In this document: positions 9,210-18,799 of the stretch, in pieces
How the letters are laid out: each line of letters opens with the position of its first letter
Position numbering within the stretch: position 1 is the stretch's first letter
Assembly (NCBI GenBank): GCA_964610875.1
Contig: CAZSWP010000016.1
Location: 1 to 64,000 of the forward strand
Direction: 5' to 3'
Length of the DNA stretch: 64,000 nt
Source: an uncultured archaeon
GTDB lineage: Archaea; Asgardarchaeota; Thorarchaeia; Thorarchaeales; Thorarchaeaceae
Notes under the pieces: model-generated
Database searches by the model: none
What the model saw: the letters and a program-made list of their open reading frames with translations, nothing else
What the model was told of the DNA's origin: nothing
Program-made: the position numbers and the translations under genes

Positions 9210-10298
9210 TTACTCACCAATGTTAAAACGTAGGAGGGCTGCAATACCCCCGATATTCTGTAATTGGTCTCCAGCTGGATGTTCTGTGGACACAACATGG
9301 AATTTTCCTCTGGTTTTTTCAGTATCACGTATTATTTGGTCAATTTTACGACGTTCTTGTTCATTACCTTCACGTAATTTCTTATCCGTTATTAGCAGCT
9401 CTTCAACTGCACCATATTGCACCGCTCTTGCCACTTCTTGGTCTCCATAGGTACCCATTCCGTCACCCTTTGCAATATGCTCCATAATTTCTTCCATGAG
9501 CTGGGTTTCTGTTTCAAGTTTAATCCCTTTGAGTGCCTTTGAGATGACTCCTCTATACAATATCTCTTTAGCACCGGGTACTCCTATAGAATTTGTATTC
9601 TCTGTGACAACTGGCGGTAAGTCTTTGATACCTTCTTTCAGTAGGAATTCCTTGAAATGGTCCTTAACAAAGCCTGGTCCTGCAATGACAATCAATCCAA
9701 AGGAGCTCTGTTCAAGTTGTGCACGTATTGCAACAACGACTTCCCCAAAAAAGTCCTTGACTGTAGAATCGTACGTCTTCTGGTCGCCTCGTTTTCTTGA
9801 AATACTGGAACGAATACGTACAGCCTCTTTTATGCCATAGTCTGCGACATAGAACATCTCTGCAATCTCATCTTCAATTGTTACAAGGAAAACAACATCA
9901 GCTTCGTGGGCCTTTTCTGCCTCCTTCAGTCGATTTAGCAGATATTTTGGCCAAGACTCTTTGATGATCGTCAATGTATCTCCTGGCTCAATGTTAATTG
10001 TGTGATAACTCCCTAGACTGACATAGTCTGGTGGCCCTTCAAGAATAGTCCCCTTCAGTCTTACCCTGTTTGTGAAGGAATGGAATGACACATCTTCGAC
10101 CTTGATTTTCAAAGTCATTGGCTTTCTGATGCTCTCTTGTTTCCTACTATCATCATCACCAATTCTGACACGCCTGGTTGTTCTTGATATCACTATATCA
10201 TCGGGTAGTACTACATTATACAGATGCCATAAATCATCGATGTACTCTATTTTAACTACAATTTTGCCGTCTTTCAGGTAGCGTTTCAGAATCTTCAC
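9210..10298 (-). CDS. pelA: Ribosome rescue factor pelota
   Basis: DDLWHL, GSYHT, IAGPGF, GGIAALLRF. Confidence 0.95.
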   Translation of the reverse strand: MKILKRYLKDGKIVVKIEYIDDLWHLYNVVLPDDIVISRTTRRVRIGDDDSRKQESIRKPMTLKIKVEDVSFHSFTNRVRLKGTILEGPPDYVSLGSYHTINIEPGDTLTIIKESWPKYLLNRLKEAEKAHEADVVFLVTIEDEIAEMFYVADYGIKEAVRIRSSISRKRGDQKTYDSTVKDFFGEVVVAIRAQLEQSSFGLIVIAGPGFVKDHFKEFLLKEGIKDLPPVVTENTNSIGVPGAKEILYRGVISKALKGIKLETETQLMEEIMEHIAKGDGMGTYGDQEVARAVQYGAVEELLITDKKLREGNEQERRKIDQIIRDTEKTRGKFHVVSTEHPAGDQLQNIGGIAALLRFNIGE

Positions 10299-10325
10299 TG
10301 TGAATCATTCTACCCATGGCAGAAG

Positions 10326-11759
10326 TCAGAAGAAATAGTCTCCGTAAGAGTCAGTTGACGAATGTCTACTATATTGTCGCATATTCGTGGGATTTGCAAC
10401 ATCTATTCCCTGATATAATTCATATGCATCCTCAACGTGAGCCTTATCAACCAATGCCAGGTTGTCCTTTACTGCTAGATCTCCTGCCATTCGAATCAGC
10501 CCTCCTAGTTCACGTAGACGCAGGGTGATTGCATCTCTCTGTCCATCGAACTGTAGTGCTATACGTTCAGCATATGCAATGATAGACTCTACGCCATCTA
10601 CAGAAAAATGGGGGATCCTTCCATCCTCTTCTACTGTTTGTGCAATAAACTGAACTATACCCTCCATTGAAGATGTACTCTTTTTCATCCATGCCTTCAA
10701 CATTATCTCATATCCGTAGCCTTTGATTCGGGACCTGAGAGGGGGTATTATTTGCGATAGGTCTTCTATATTGCATGCTGCAAAGAGTAGAAAATCACAT
10801 GGCACATTGTCAACTCTTACTGAAGCTCCTGAGCTATGTGGATTATGTGCTGTGATGGTATATGAACGGTCTTGCATAGCGGTCAATAGATGTTTTTGAT
10901 ATGATCCAAGGGCTGCAATCTCGTCAACATAGAGGATTCCTTCATGCGCCTCATGTATCGCTCCAGGAATTACTCGTTTGTGTGGAGGAAGGCCAAGTCC
11001 CTCGGCACTACCATATGGGTCATGTCGTACATCTCCTAGGAGTTCGACAGGATTTGTACCACTGATACGAACAAATCTACTGGCATTTTGTGAAATCAAT
11101 AGATGTTCATCATCATGTACTGTATTCTCACTTGGTGCTTTCTGTTCGTAGGGAATACGACTCACAAAAATCAAGTCTTCAGGGGTTCTTGTATATGTGA
11201 CTTGATAGACGTCATCGTGTATATCTTCATTTCTCGAGAAGGTGGCCAAAGCGGGTTCATTGATTACATCTAAGGCATGCATTAACCCGTGAAATGAATC
11301 AATGGTGCCCCATTCTGACCTCTTCATAGAATTGCATTCAAGACAGATATTGAACTCGGGAGATGATAATATCATACATCTCGGGCATCTATACCCCATA
11401 ACAACCGCTACCTCAAATGGCAGTTTCTCAGGTCGTATATACAGACTCTCTGGTTCTACATAATGACTTACATTCTCAGCTGGTTCCTTTGCCACTATCC
11501 TGATAAAGGGGCGTTCTTGTTGTTGCTGGTTTCTCTGAATTCTAATCTCCTGTGTGGGCTCTGGCAATAGGCTGTATGCTGCCTTAGCCAACAATGATTT
11601 TCCTACACCCGGTACCCCACACAGAAGCACATGTCGTCGTTGCATCACTGCAGTATGTACAAGTGTCACTGCTTGTTCTTGTCCAAGAATCTTCGCAAAT
11701 GGGTCCTTTGGTATTATGATTGTTGAAGTTTCCTCAAGACCATCAAGCAGTGAACCCAT
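10326..11759 (-). CDS. LonB-like AAA+ ATPase without protease domain
   Basis: GVPGVGKS, LLGDVRHDPYG, GAIHEAHEGILYVDEI, PLRSRIKGYGYE, LRLRELGGLIR; ORF ends before any Ser-Lys protease domain. Confidence 0.85.
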   Translation of the reverse strand: MGSLLDGLEETSTIIIPKDPFAKILGQEQAVTLVHTAVMQRRHVLLCGVPGVGKSLLAKAAYSLLPEPTQEIRIQRNQQQQERPFIRIVAKEPAENVSHYVEPESLYIRPEKLPFEVAVVMGYRCPRCMILSSPEFNICLECNSMKRSEWGTIDSFHGLMHALDVINEPALATFSRNEDIHDDVYQVTYTRTPEDLIFVSRIPYEQKAPSENTVHDDEHLLISQNASRFVRISGTNPVELLGDVRHDPYGSAEGLGLPPHKRVIPGAIHEAHEGILYVDEIAALGSYQKHLLTAMQDRSYTITAHNPHSSGASVRVDNVPCDFLLFAACNIEDLSQIIPPLRSRIKGYGYEIMLKAWMKKSTSSMEGIVQFIAQTVEEDGRIPHFSVDGVESIIAYAERIALQFDGQRDAITLRLRELGGLIRMAGDLAVKDNLALVDKAHVEDAYELYQGIDVANPTNMRQYSRHSSTDSYGDYFF

Positions 11760-11844
11760 ACTATTGATACCTCTCACTATTCTCACTAGAACTCAAGTGT
11801 GGAATTGATTTGATTGTGAGTAATACGTGTGAATTAAATTGATA

Positions 11845-11900
11845 GAAAAAGAGGAAAAAAATGGATTATTACTGATTCCTCATCAGTGCAGCAATAATCC
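11845..11900 (-). terminator. Stem-loop plus U-tract after the OsmC gene
   Basis: GGATTATT/AATAATCC and ACTGAT/ATCAGT stems followed by a T-rich run on the minus strand. Confidence 0.55.
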
Positions 11901-11909
11901 AAACATATT

Positions 11910-12356
11910 TCATTGATACTCAATATCAAGACTGGTGACTAGTTTGACGCAGGAACCAATCAGACAGTTGCCTATCGGGCAGTTTGCATGTGATAATTCA
12001 AAAAGACGTTCGAGTCTTTTTTCCGGCACACCCTCTGGAACTGTTACCTTAGTATCAATAATAATAGTAGTGAATTGACTTTTTCCTGTATCATCATCTG
12101 TTTCATATTCACCAGTGATACTGGACCTCAAATCAATCAGTTCAATACGTGCCTTTTCTAATGCAATCTCGAAGACAAGATTGACACATGCACCTATTGA
12201 AGCAAGAAAGAGGTGATGTGGACTGGTAGTGTCAGTCGTGTCCATTACCATGGGTGGTGGACACACATTGACATGACGATTATTTCCAATGGTGACAGAG
12301 TGGATCTGTTGTTCTTTGGTCTTTTCAAGACTTGCAGTAAATGTTGATGTAGCCAT
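11910..12356 (-). CDS. OsmC/Ohr family protein
   Basis: SPHHLFLASIGAC ... NCPI. Confidence 0.85.
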   Translation of the reverse strand: MATSTFTASLEKTKEQQIHSVTIGNNRHVNVCPPPMVMDTTDTTSPHHLFLASIGACVNLVFEIALEKARIELIDLRSSITGEYETDDDTGKSQFTTIIIDTKVTVPEGVPEKRLERLFELSHANCPIGNCLIGSCVKLVTSLDIEYQ

Positions 12357-12485
12357 TAGCGTCATCTCTTTTGTGTAATCATGCATAAACTATGCTGTTA
12401 CAATGCACTCTTGAATTGTAAGTATTAAAAAAGATGCGAATGTGGTCAACCAATCATGACCACAAACTCAATGAATGAAACGAAT

Positions 12486-13751
12486 TCAGTCAAGATTCAG
12501 GTCTTCAAAGGTAACAATCTGCATTTTTGAAGGACGATTATCAAGGTCTGCAACGGCAGCACTGATTATCAGACCAGTACTCTTTTTCATGGCAAGGTCC
12601 ACCAATCTCTGAGTGACGACACCATCAAAGACGACCGTCGTGACATCATCCTGTACTTCAAGAGTCTTCGCCAATTCTGCTACACCACACTCAACAATAA
12701 CTTGTTTCTCTCTATTATAGAGGACTGCTTTAAATGACTCTTTCATCTCTTTTGCTTTTTCTACAAACTCTGGATCAACAGCTACAGTCTTCTTACGAGT
12801 TCTTGTTTTACGTGGTATTGAAGGCGGTTCTCTCTCATCTTTTCGTTTGTCTTTTCTCTCTGGTCCTGTCTTTCGTCCAGATTCCTTTCTCTTGGTTTCA
12901 CCCCTTTGCTTGCTTACCAGGGCAAGTGCCTGATCAGCTGGGATGCGTGTTTGAAGAGCCTTTGTAATCTCTCTACGAGTAAGTTCTTCAACCTCTTTTC
13001 CCTCTAATGCTCTTGCAATGAAATCCACTTTTGCAACTTGCATCAACTCACGTAGTATCAAATCACCACCACGGTCACCATCAAGAAATGCAATAATGGT
13101 CTTCCCTCTTTTTCTTGTCAATTCTGATATTGACTTGGGAACATGAGTACCTTCTACTGCAATCGCATTATTAATCCCGTTTTTCATCAAATTCAAGACA
13201 TCTGCACGGCCCTCAACAATAATTATTTCCTTACTGCTTGATACTTCTGGACCCGCAGGGAGTTTATCTGGGCCATATTTCACAATGGATTTTCTCTTTC
13301 CTTTTGAAACAGCAGATGTGATCTCTTCTGTACCGGGTGAGATATCTTCCTCCCATCCTTTCAGAATTGAGATTGCTCGACTAACAACTCTTCTTCGTTT
13401 TGCACCCCTGATATCTTCCAGTTTCTGTAGTTTGACCTTTGCTACACAAGGGCCAACTCGGTCAACTGTTTCAAGCGAAGCTGCGAGAATTGCGGTAGCT
13501 GTCTTGTTCAGTGATACAGGAATCACAATCTCTCCCTTACTATTACCACCCTTTGATTTGATGGCAATCTGAATTCTTCCTATTCTTCCTGTTTTTTGGA
13601 GCTCTCTTAAGTCTAGGTCTTCACCTAGTAACCCTTCGGTCTGACCGAATAGTGCTCCAACTACGTCTGGTTTGTCTACGACCCCTTCGATCTCAATCTT
13701 TGCACGAATGACGTATTTTGCCGTGCTGGAGTCGAATTCACCTGTTCCTAT
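12486..13751 (-). CDS. dnaG: Archaeal DnaG (TOPRIM, exosome-associated); probable ATA start
   Basis: IIVEGRADV and DGDRGG; conserved N-terminus (KYVIRA...GVVDKPDVVGALFGQTEGLLG) lies upstream of the ORF-track start at 13526. Confidence 0.93.
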   Translation of the reverse strand: MGTGEFDSSTAKYVIRAKIEIEGVVDKPDVVGALFGQTEGLLGEDLDLRELQKTGRIGRIQIAIKSKGGNSKGEIVIPVSLNKTATAILAASLETVDRVGPCVAKVKLQKLEDIRGAKRRRVVSRAISILKGWEEDISPGTEEITSAVSKGKRKSIVKYGPDKLPAGPEVSSSKEIIIVEGRADVLNLMKNGINNAIAVEGTHVPKSISELTRKRGKTIIAFLDGDRGGDLILRELMQVAKVDFIARALEGKEVEELTRREITKALQTRIPADQALALVSKQRGETKRKESGRKTGPERKDKRKDEREPPSIPRKTRTRKKTVAVDPEFVEKAKEMKESFKAVLYNREKQVIVECGVAELAKTLEVQDDVTTVVFDGVVTQRLVDLAMKKSTGLIISAAVADLDNRPSKMQIVTFEDLNLD

Positions 13752-14216
13752 GTCTATACACGTCTCCTATGATAGCTGCACGGCTCAGAACCCAAGTCTT
13801 TGGGCAAACTGTTTGCACTTTTCGCTCCAAGACCTGAAACTAATCTTCTAATTCAGGTCACACTGTTAACACAGTGAACTTAATCCCATTATTACCCTAC
13901 ATATGCAAGCTGTGAATGTGATGAAGTTGTGAATGATGATTATCCTGTGAAATGCGTGGCGGTTCTAACGAAAGCACGAATTTTGCTTGGGTGAGAGCTC
14001 CGGCAGCGCTATATGATGTAATGATATTAATCATGAATGGACGGTACAATCTTATGCACAGTCCTAATTCACGTGTCAGTTGTCGATGATGCCTTTTGAA
14101 GATGTCGTTATCACCATATATTATGCTCTCAGATATTTGTGAATCGATTCATAATCGCGCTATTTGACAATCCTAATAACGGAAATCTTCCATACTGGTA
14201 TTGTTCAGGAGAGAGC

Positions 14217-14484
14217 GTCCCATTCACGAGGGCACACTGAGAGTAATCTATGACGTGTTGCGCATTGGGTGGGCCACAGCCTGAGCATATGCCTGTCAGC
14301 AATTCAAAACGAGCCTTAACGGACGTGCATGATGGGGATGTTCCATCCTGCAGATGATTTGCATGTCACCCCGGTTTCGTACATGACAGGTCGGTCGATG
14401 CCAGATTACCCGATGCGAGACAGTTCAGCTGAGCCGGATGTTCATCTGATGCTATGATGCTGAGAGTTAGTGTGAAGGGATACA
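14217..14484 (+). ncRNA. Three-hairpin box H/ACA pseudouridylation guide RNA
   Basis: Three hairpins, each with lower stem, pocket, K-turn and 3' ACA (14276, 14381, 14482); pockets complementary to conserved rRNA; T-tract at 14507-14510. Confidence 0.82.
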
Positions 14485-14514
14485 GGTATCGGCCACTGTT
14501 CCTCTCTTTTGTCA

Positions 14515-15192
14515 TTAGAGTTCAAACTCTCTTGTTTCACCTGGTCTGATCACTTCGACTTTGACCTTAATTCCCATATCTGCTATTTTCTGCCAGAATT
14601 TCTTGGGGTCCGTTTCAATAACTGGAAATGTATCATAGTGCATTGGAACTACATATTTGGGTCGGATAAGCTTGGTTGCCATTGCTGCTTCATCAATACC
14701 CATTGTGAAATACGAGCCCACGGGCGCAAAAAACAGGTCCGGTTTGTAGAGTTCTCCAAACAGTTCCATACTTGCGTGCAGTCCGGTGTCACCAGGGTGA
14801 TAGAATGAAGAGCCATTTGAGAACTTCACAATGAAACCGGTGGGAGTCCCACGTGAACTTGAGTGATGTGATTGAACCATAGTGATTCTCACATCATTTT
14901 CTGTGACACTACCACCAATATTCAATGTGTGTACATTCTCTACTCCATCTTCTCTTGCTTGCAAGCCAAGCTCATTTACTGCAACAAAATAAGCTCCGGT
15001 CTTTTTGCAGATTTGAATCGCTTCATCATATCCATGGTCTCCATGGTCATGAGTCACTAGGCAGAAATCTACCTCTTCTACATCTTCCACCTTGATAGGT
15101 GATGTTGGACCCGATAGCCATGGGTCTACAAAGATGACCTTCTCATCTGCTTCTATCTTAAATGCTGAATGTCCAAGATACGTTACTTTCAT
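14515..15192 (-). CDS. UPF0173 metal-dependent hydrolase (beta-lactamase fold)
   Basis: LGHSAF, THDHGDH, YHPGDTG, PMHYDTF. Confidence 0.92.
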   Translation of the reverse strand: MKVTYLGHSAFKIEADEKVIFVDPWLSGPTSPIKVEDVEEVDFCLVTHDHGDHGYDEAIQICKKTGAYFVAVNELGLQAREDGVENVHTLNIGGSVTENDVRITMVQSHHSSSRGTPTGFIVKFSNGSSFYHPGDTGLHASMELFGELYKPDLFFAPVGSYFTMGIDEAAMATKLIRPKYVVPMHYDTFPVIETDPKKFWQKIADMGIKVKVEVIRPGETREFEL

Positions 15193-15300
15193 GATTGTCC
15201 TCCTCTCGGTAAAGTTCTCTCACATCTCACTTGTATATTTCGAAATGAGCTCTTAGATGAACATTAATAGTCCTCTGTACTGAGAGAACGAGAAACACTC

Positions 15301-16221
15301 ATGACATCGAAGCCCCATCCAGACTTTCTGAAAGCAGGTATGATTGCAGGTCGTGTGATTGAGGAAGTTGCAAAAGAGGTCAAACCAGGCGTAAAGGTGC
15401 TCAAAATCTGTGTTCTGGCAGAGAGAAAAATGCTTCAATATGGCGCCAATGGTCTTGCTTTTCCTTGTAACGTTTCAATCAATAATGAAGCAGCACACTA
15501 CACTAGTCCCTATGGTGATAGTCGGGTGTTTTCTGACAAGGGCCTTGTGAAGATTGATCTTGGTGCGCAGGTCAATGGATATCTGTCAGACACAGCGGTC
15601 ACCATCGATTTAGATGGATCTTATGAACCGTTCATGTCAGCTGCAAGAGAGGCTCTTGAGGCCGCAATTGATGTCATCCGACCAAAAACACGTTTAGGTG
15701 AGGTTGGTAGTGAAATCGAGAAGACAATCAAAGAACATGGTCTTCAACCTGTACATCAGCTTACGGGTCACCAACTGAAACCTTGGCTTCTACATGCAGG
15801 AAAGAATGTCCCTAATGTAGGAATGCGTCTGAGTTCATCGATGAACTTGGGTGAAATGTTTGCAGTAGAACCCTTTGCCACCGATGGAAATGGAACCATC
15901 AAGAGTGGAAAGCACTCCTATATTTTCTCCAACATCATGAAAAGCAAGAAGAAACTCGACAAGATCTCTCTCAGAGTCAGAAATGCAGCCCGAAAACGTT
16001 TTGGCACTCTTCCTTGGGCATCAAGGTGGCTACATGGCAGTAAGAGTTCTATTGATATTGATGCTGTTATACATACTTTGGAACGAGCTGGAGTCATTCG
16101 AGGTTATCCTGTATTAATTGAGGGTAAGGATGGTATGGTATCTCAATTTGAGCACACAGTCTTTGTGGCCGAGGAAAGTGCGATTGTCACAACACGAAGA
16201 CCTGAAGAATTGAAGACATAG
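15301..16221 (+). CDS. map: Type II methionine aminopeptidase, paralog 1
   Basis: AAHYT, KIDLG, GYLSDTA, LTGH, AVEPF, QFEHT. Confidence 0.92.
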   Translation: MTSKPHPDFLKAGMIAGRVIEEVAKEVKPGVKVLKICVLAERKMLQYGANGLAFPCNVSINNEAAHYTSPYGDSRVFSDKGLVKIDLGAQVNGYLSDTAVTIDLDGSYEPFMSAAREALEAAIDVIRPKTRLGEVGSEIEKTIKEHGLQPVHQLTGHQLKPWLLHAGKNVPNVGMRLSSSMNLGEMFAVEPFATDGNGTIKSGKHSYIFSNIMKSKKKLDKISLRVRNAARKRFGTLPWASRWLHGSKSSIDIDAVIHTLERAGVIRGYPVLIEGKDGMVSQFEHTVFVAEESAIVTTRRPEELKT

Positions 16222-16270
16222 ACAGAACCTGTTAAGTAGTCTTATTTGATATTGGAAATCGGTCAAGAAT

Positions 16271-17167
16271 ATGGAAAAACCCAATGCCTCTCAGATAAAG
16301 GCTGGTCAGGTCGCAGCCAGAGTCATGAAAGAGATTGCGGGCGATATCAAAGGAGGAGCTAAGACTATCAGTATCTGTACGAAAGTGGAGAAGTTGATAA
16401 TCGATTTGGGTGGTAGACCTGCATTTCCTTGTAATGTTTCAATTGATAACGTTGCATCTCACTATACCTCTCCCCCTAATGACAGTTCTACTATTCCTGC
16501 TGATGGTATTGTAAAGGTGGATCTTGGTGTACAAATTAATGGATATTTATCTGACATGGCAAAGACATTCGTCTTAGATGAGGGTCTAGAGGCACTTGCG
16601 CTAGCCACAGATGATGCATTGGCGGAAGCCATTATCGCTTTTCAACCGGGAGTAAGATTAGGAGAGATTGGAGGGGTAATCGAGAGAGTGATTAAGATAT
16701 ATGGTCTAAAGCCAATAAAGAACCTAACTGGCCACAATATGACTCGCTTCAGACTCCATGCAGGCAAAAAAGTGCCAAACGTAAAGACTCGGTCCTCAGA
16801 TGAGATTGAAATCGGTGAATGCTATGCGATTGAACCTTTTGCCACCAGTGGTGCAGGGTCTGTTGTGGACAGTGATTTGGTGTATATCTTTGCAAACACT
16901 GGAAAAGTCGTAGAGTTAACTGGGAACACTGAGAAACTACGATTACATCTTCGTAAGAAATATGGTCCTCTCCCTTTCACACTACGGTGGATTGGAACTA
17001 AGACTAAAGACATCGACCTTGTTGAAGAGATTAAGAATCTGATGAAAGAAAAAGTAGTTCGTGGATACCCTGTTCAGGTATCCAAGAAAGCACGACCTGT
17101 GAGTCAGTCTGAACACACGGTCTTTGTCACTGAAAAAGGACCAAGGGTTCTAACAGAGTTGAATTAG
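16271..17167 (+). CDS. map: Type II methionine aminopeptidase, paralog 2
   Basis: ASHYT, KVDLG, GYLSDMA, LTGH, AIEPF, QSEHT. Confidence 0.92.
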   Translation: MEKPNASQIKAGQVAARVMKEIAGDIKGGAKTISICTKVEKLIIDLGGRPAFPCNVSIDNVASHYTSPPNDSSTIPADGIVKVDLGVQINGYLSDMAKTFVLDEGLEALALATDDALAEAIIAFQPGVRLGEIGGVIERVIKIYGLKPIKNLTGHNMTRFRLHAGKKVPNVKTRSSDEIEIGECYAIEPFATSGAGSVVDSDLVYIFANTGKVVELTGNTEKLRLHLRKKYGPLPFTLRWIGTKTKDIDLVEEIKNLMKEKVVRGYPVQVSKKARPVSQSEHTVFVTEKGPRVLTELN

Positions 17168-17535
17168 AAGGTTTCTTTGTCCTCTTCCTTTTCTTCCTTA
17201 ACGATATAGACGCCTTCAATAGTCATTGTGCCGTCACATTTTGGACATGACGCATCGACCTGCTTGAGAATGTAGTCTCCCTTTTCAAAGGCTCTAATCT
17301 CCTTAAAATCGCACTCGGGTGAATCACAGCGAATTTCTGTAACTGTTGGTGGAGGTGGCTCTTCTTCCTTCTGTTTTCTTCCTGCTGTTAATAAGCTGAA
17401 TCCTACTGACATGACCATCAAACCAACTATGAACCAGATATAGGAGAATGCTGGGTCTCCATTCATACCAAAGAACACAATTGCTGCTCCAGCCGCGGAA
17501 ATTAGGATACCGATCAATTTTGAAATAAATCCCAT
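17164..17535 (-). CDS. Two-TM protein with C-terminal zinc ribbon
   Basis: CDSPEC...FEKGDY...CPKC..M.IEG.Y; co-oriented with DUF1512. Confidence 0.75.
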   Translation of the reverse strand: MGFISKLIGILISAAGAAIVFFGMNGDPAFSYIWFIVGLMVMSVGFSLLTAGRKQKEEEPPPPTVTEIRCDSPECDFKEIRAFEKGDYILKQVDASCPKCDGTMTIEGVYIVKEEKEEDKETF

Positions 17536-17546
17536 TCTATCTCACC

Positions 17547-18674
17547 TCAAAGCCCAATACCAATTGTATTTCCAATCCCTGCCAGTATTATTTTTTCACC
17601 TGGTTTGGTACGCTTGGATATCGAAAACTTGATTCTCTCAATCACTTCTGGAACTGAGTCTAAAATCCGTTTTTCCATGACTCCAATAGCTGCAGCTTCA
17701 TTCTGTTTCACAACGATTGCTTCAATTGGAATTTTGTGAATTGTTGCAGTCTCTTCAATTGCATGTTTCTCAGGACCTGGGTCTCCTATTGCTGCACCAG
17801 TACCTTCCGATACACGTGCCATCTCTTCTCCCTCAAGCTTTAACGCAGCATCAACAGTGATTATACGTGCAATCTGTCCGTTATTCTCTTCAATTATCTT
17901 CTTTACTGCAAAACCTGGCTTACCAACGGTTCCTCCGGGTCCTGTTGCTCTAAGAGCATAGACAGTACGCCCGTCCGCTTGAACAGGATAATACCCGACT
18001 TCCCTGGAAATTTCTTGTACGTAGTCATTTGCCTTAGCACCATACTCTCGTGCAAACTTAGTCACTACAAGAGGACCAATACCATCACCTATCGGTTTAC
18101 CTTGGGCAAATGCGTCAAGTGCATCATAGTATGCTTTCGCTAAACGCATAATCTCTGGTAATTGCATTTGAATCTGCATTATGAGTATCTGACTACCTGT
18201 CTTCTTTCCAAGAAGATAGAAGTGCCTTACAATTCGGAATATTAGACCTAGGACCTGTGTTACTTCCAATGTGTTCTCAAGGGTCTGTTGTTGGGCTTGA
18301 GTTGCATCTGGTGCAAGGTCCACCACAAACTCTTGGAACCGGTCTCTCCGTTCATCCAAAAGATGGTCCAGGCGTTTCAGCACTCCAGCTGGATCAAGGT
18401 CTACTGGCATTATGGTGAAATAGTCCAACCATCTGTCAATTTCTCCTGCAACATCTTCTTCGGACTTTCCATATTCTTTGAATGTATTGATGGCTGCTTG
18501 TCTTGATTCGATTGCCATCTTCTTTAGTTCGATCAGTCCTGCTTCAATTTGCTTTAGCCATTGCCACATCTGTATCTTTGCACCATAGAGGGAGATTATC
18601 ATGATGAATGCAAAGAATGCCAGATTGATTATCCAGCTAAATTCAGAACCTTCTTGAAACGGAAATTGCATCAC
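17547..18674 (-). CDS. DUF1512 family protein
   Basis: PVDLDPAG, PIGDGIGP, GPGGTVG, DAALKLEGE, GIGNTIGIG. Confidence 0.88.
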   Translation of the reverse strand: MMQFPFQEGSEFSWIINLAFFAFIMIISLYGAKIQMWQWLKQIEAGLIELKKMAIESRQAAINTFKEYGKSEEDVAGEIDRWLDYFTIMPVDLDPAGVLKRLDHLLDERRDRFQEFVVDLAPDATQAQQQTLENTLEVTQVLGLIFRIVRHFYLLGKKTGSQILIMQIQMQLPEIMRLAKAYYDALDAFAQGKPIGDGIGPLVVTKFAREYGAKANDYVQEISREVGYYPVQADGRTVYALRATGPGGTVGKPGFAVKKIIEENNGQIARIITVDAALKLEGEEMARVSEGTGAAIGDPGPEKHAIEETATIHKIPIEAIVVKQNEAAAIGVMEKRILDSVPEVIERIKFSISKRTKPGEKIILAGIGNTIGIGL

Positions 18675-18799
18675 TATCAGTCCGAGGCACTCAAGTAGGG
18701 CTTTAATGGTTTCTATTTATACATGCCAAGAGGGCATGTATTTTCACAATTAGCAATGCTGAAAAAGCTAGTTTGGTAATGAAAAACTGGTGATTACTG

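Noticed and set aside
14207-14510. SRP RNA or RNase P RNA, or one long rod-like fold (CGCATTGGGT/ACCCGATGCG, CCTGTCA/TGACAGG)
   Set aside because: No SRP helix-8 or RNase P P4 motifs on either strand. The H/ACA fold explains the K-turns, ACA spacing and rRNA complementarity better, though alternative pairings exist.
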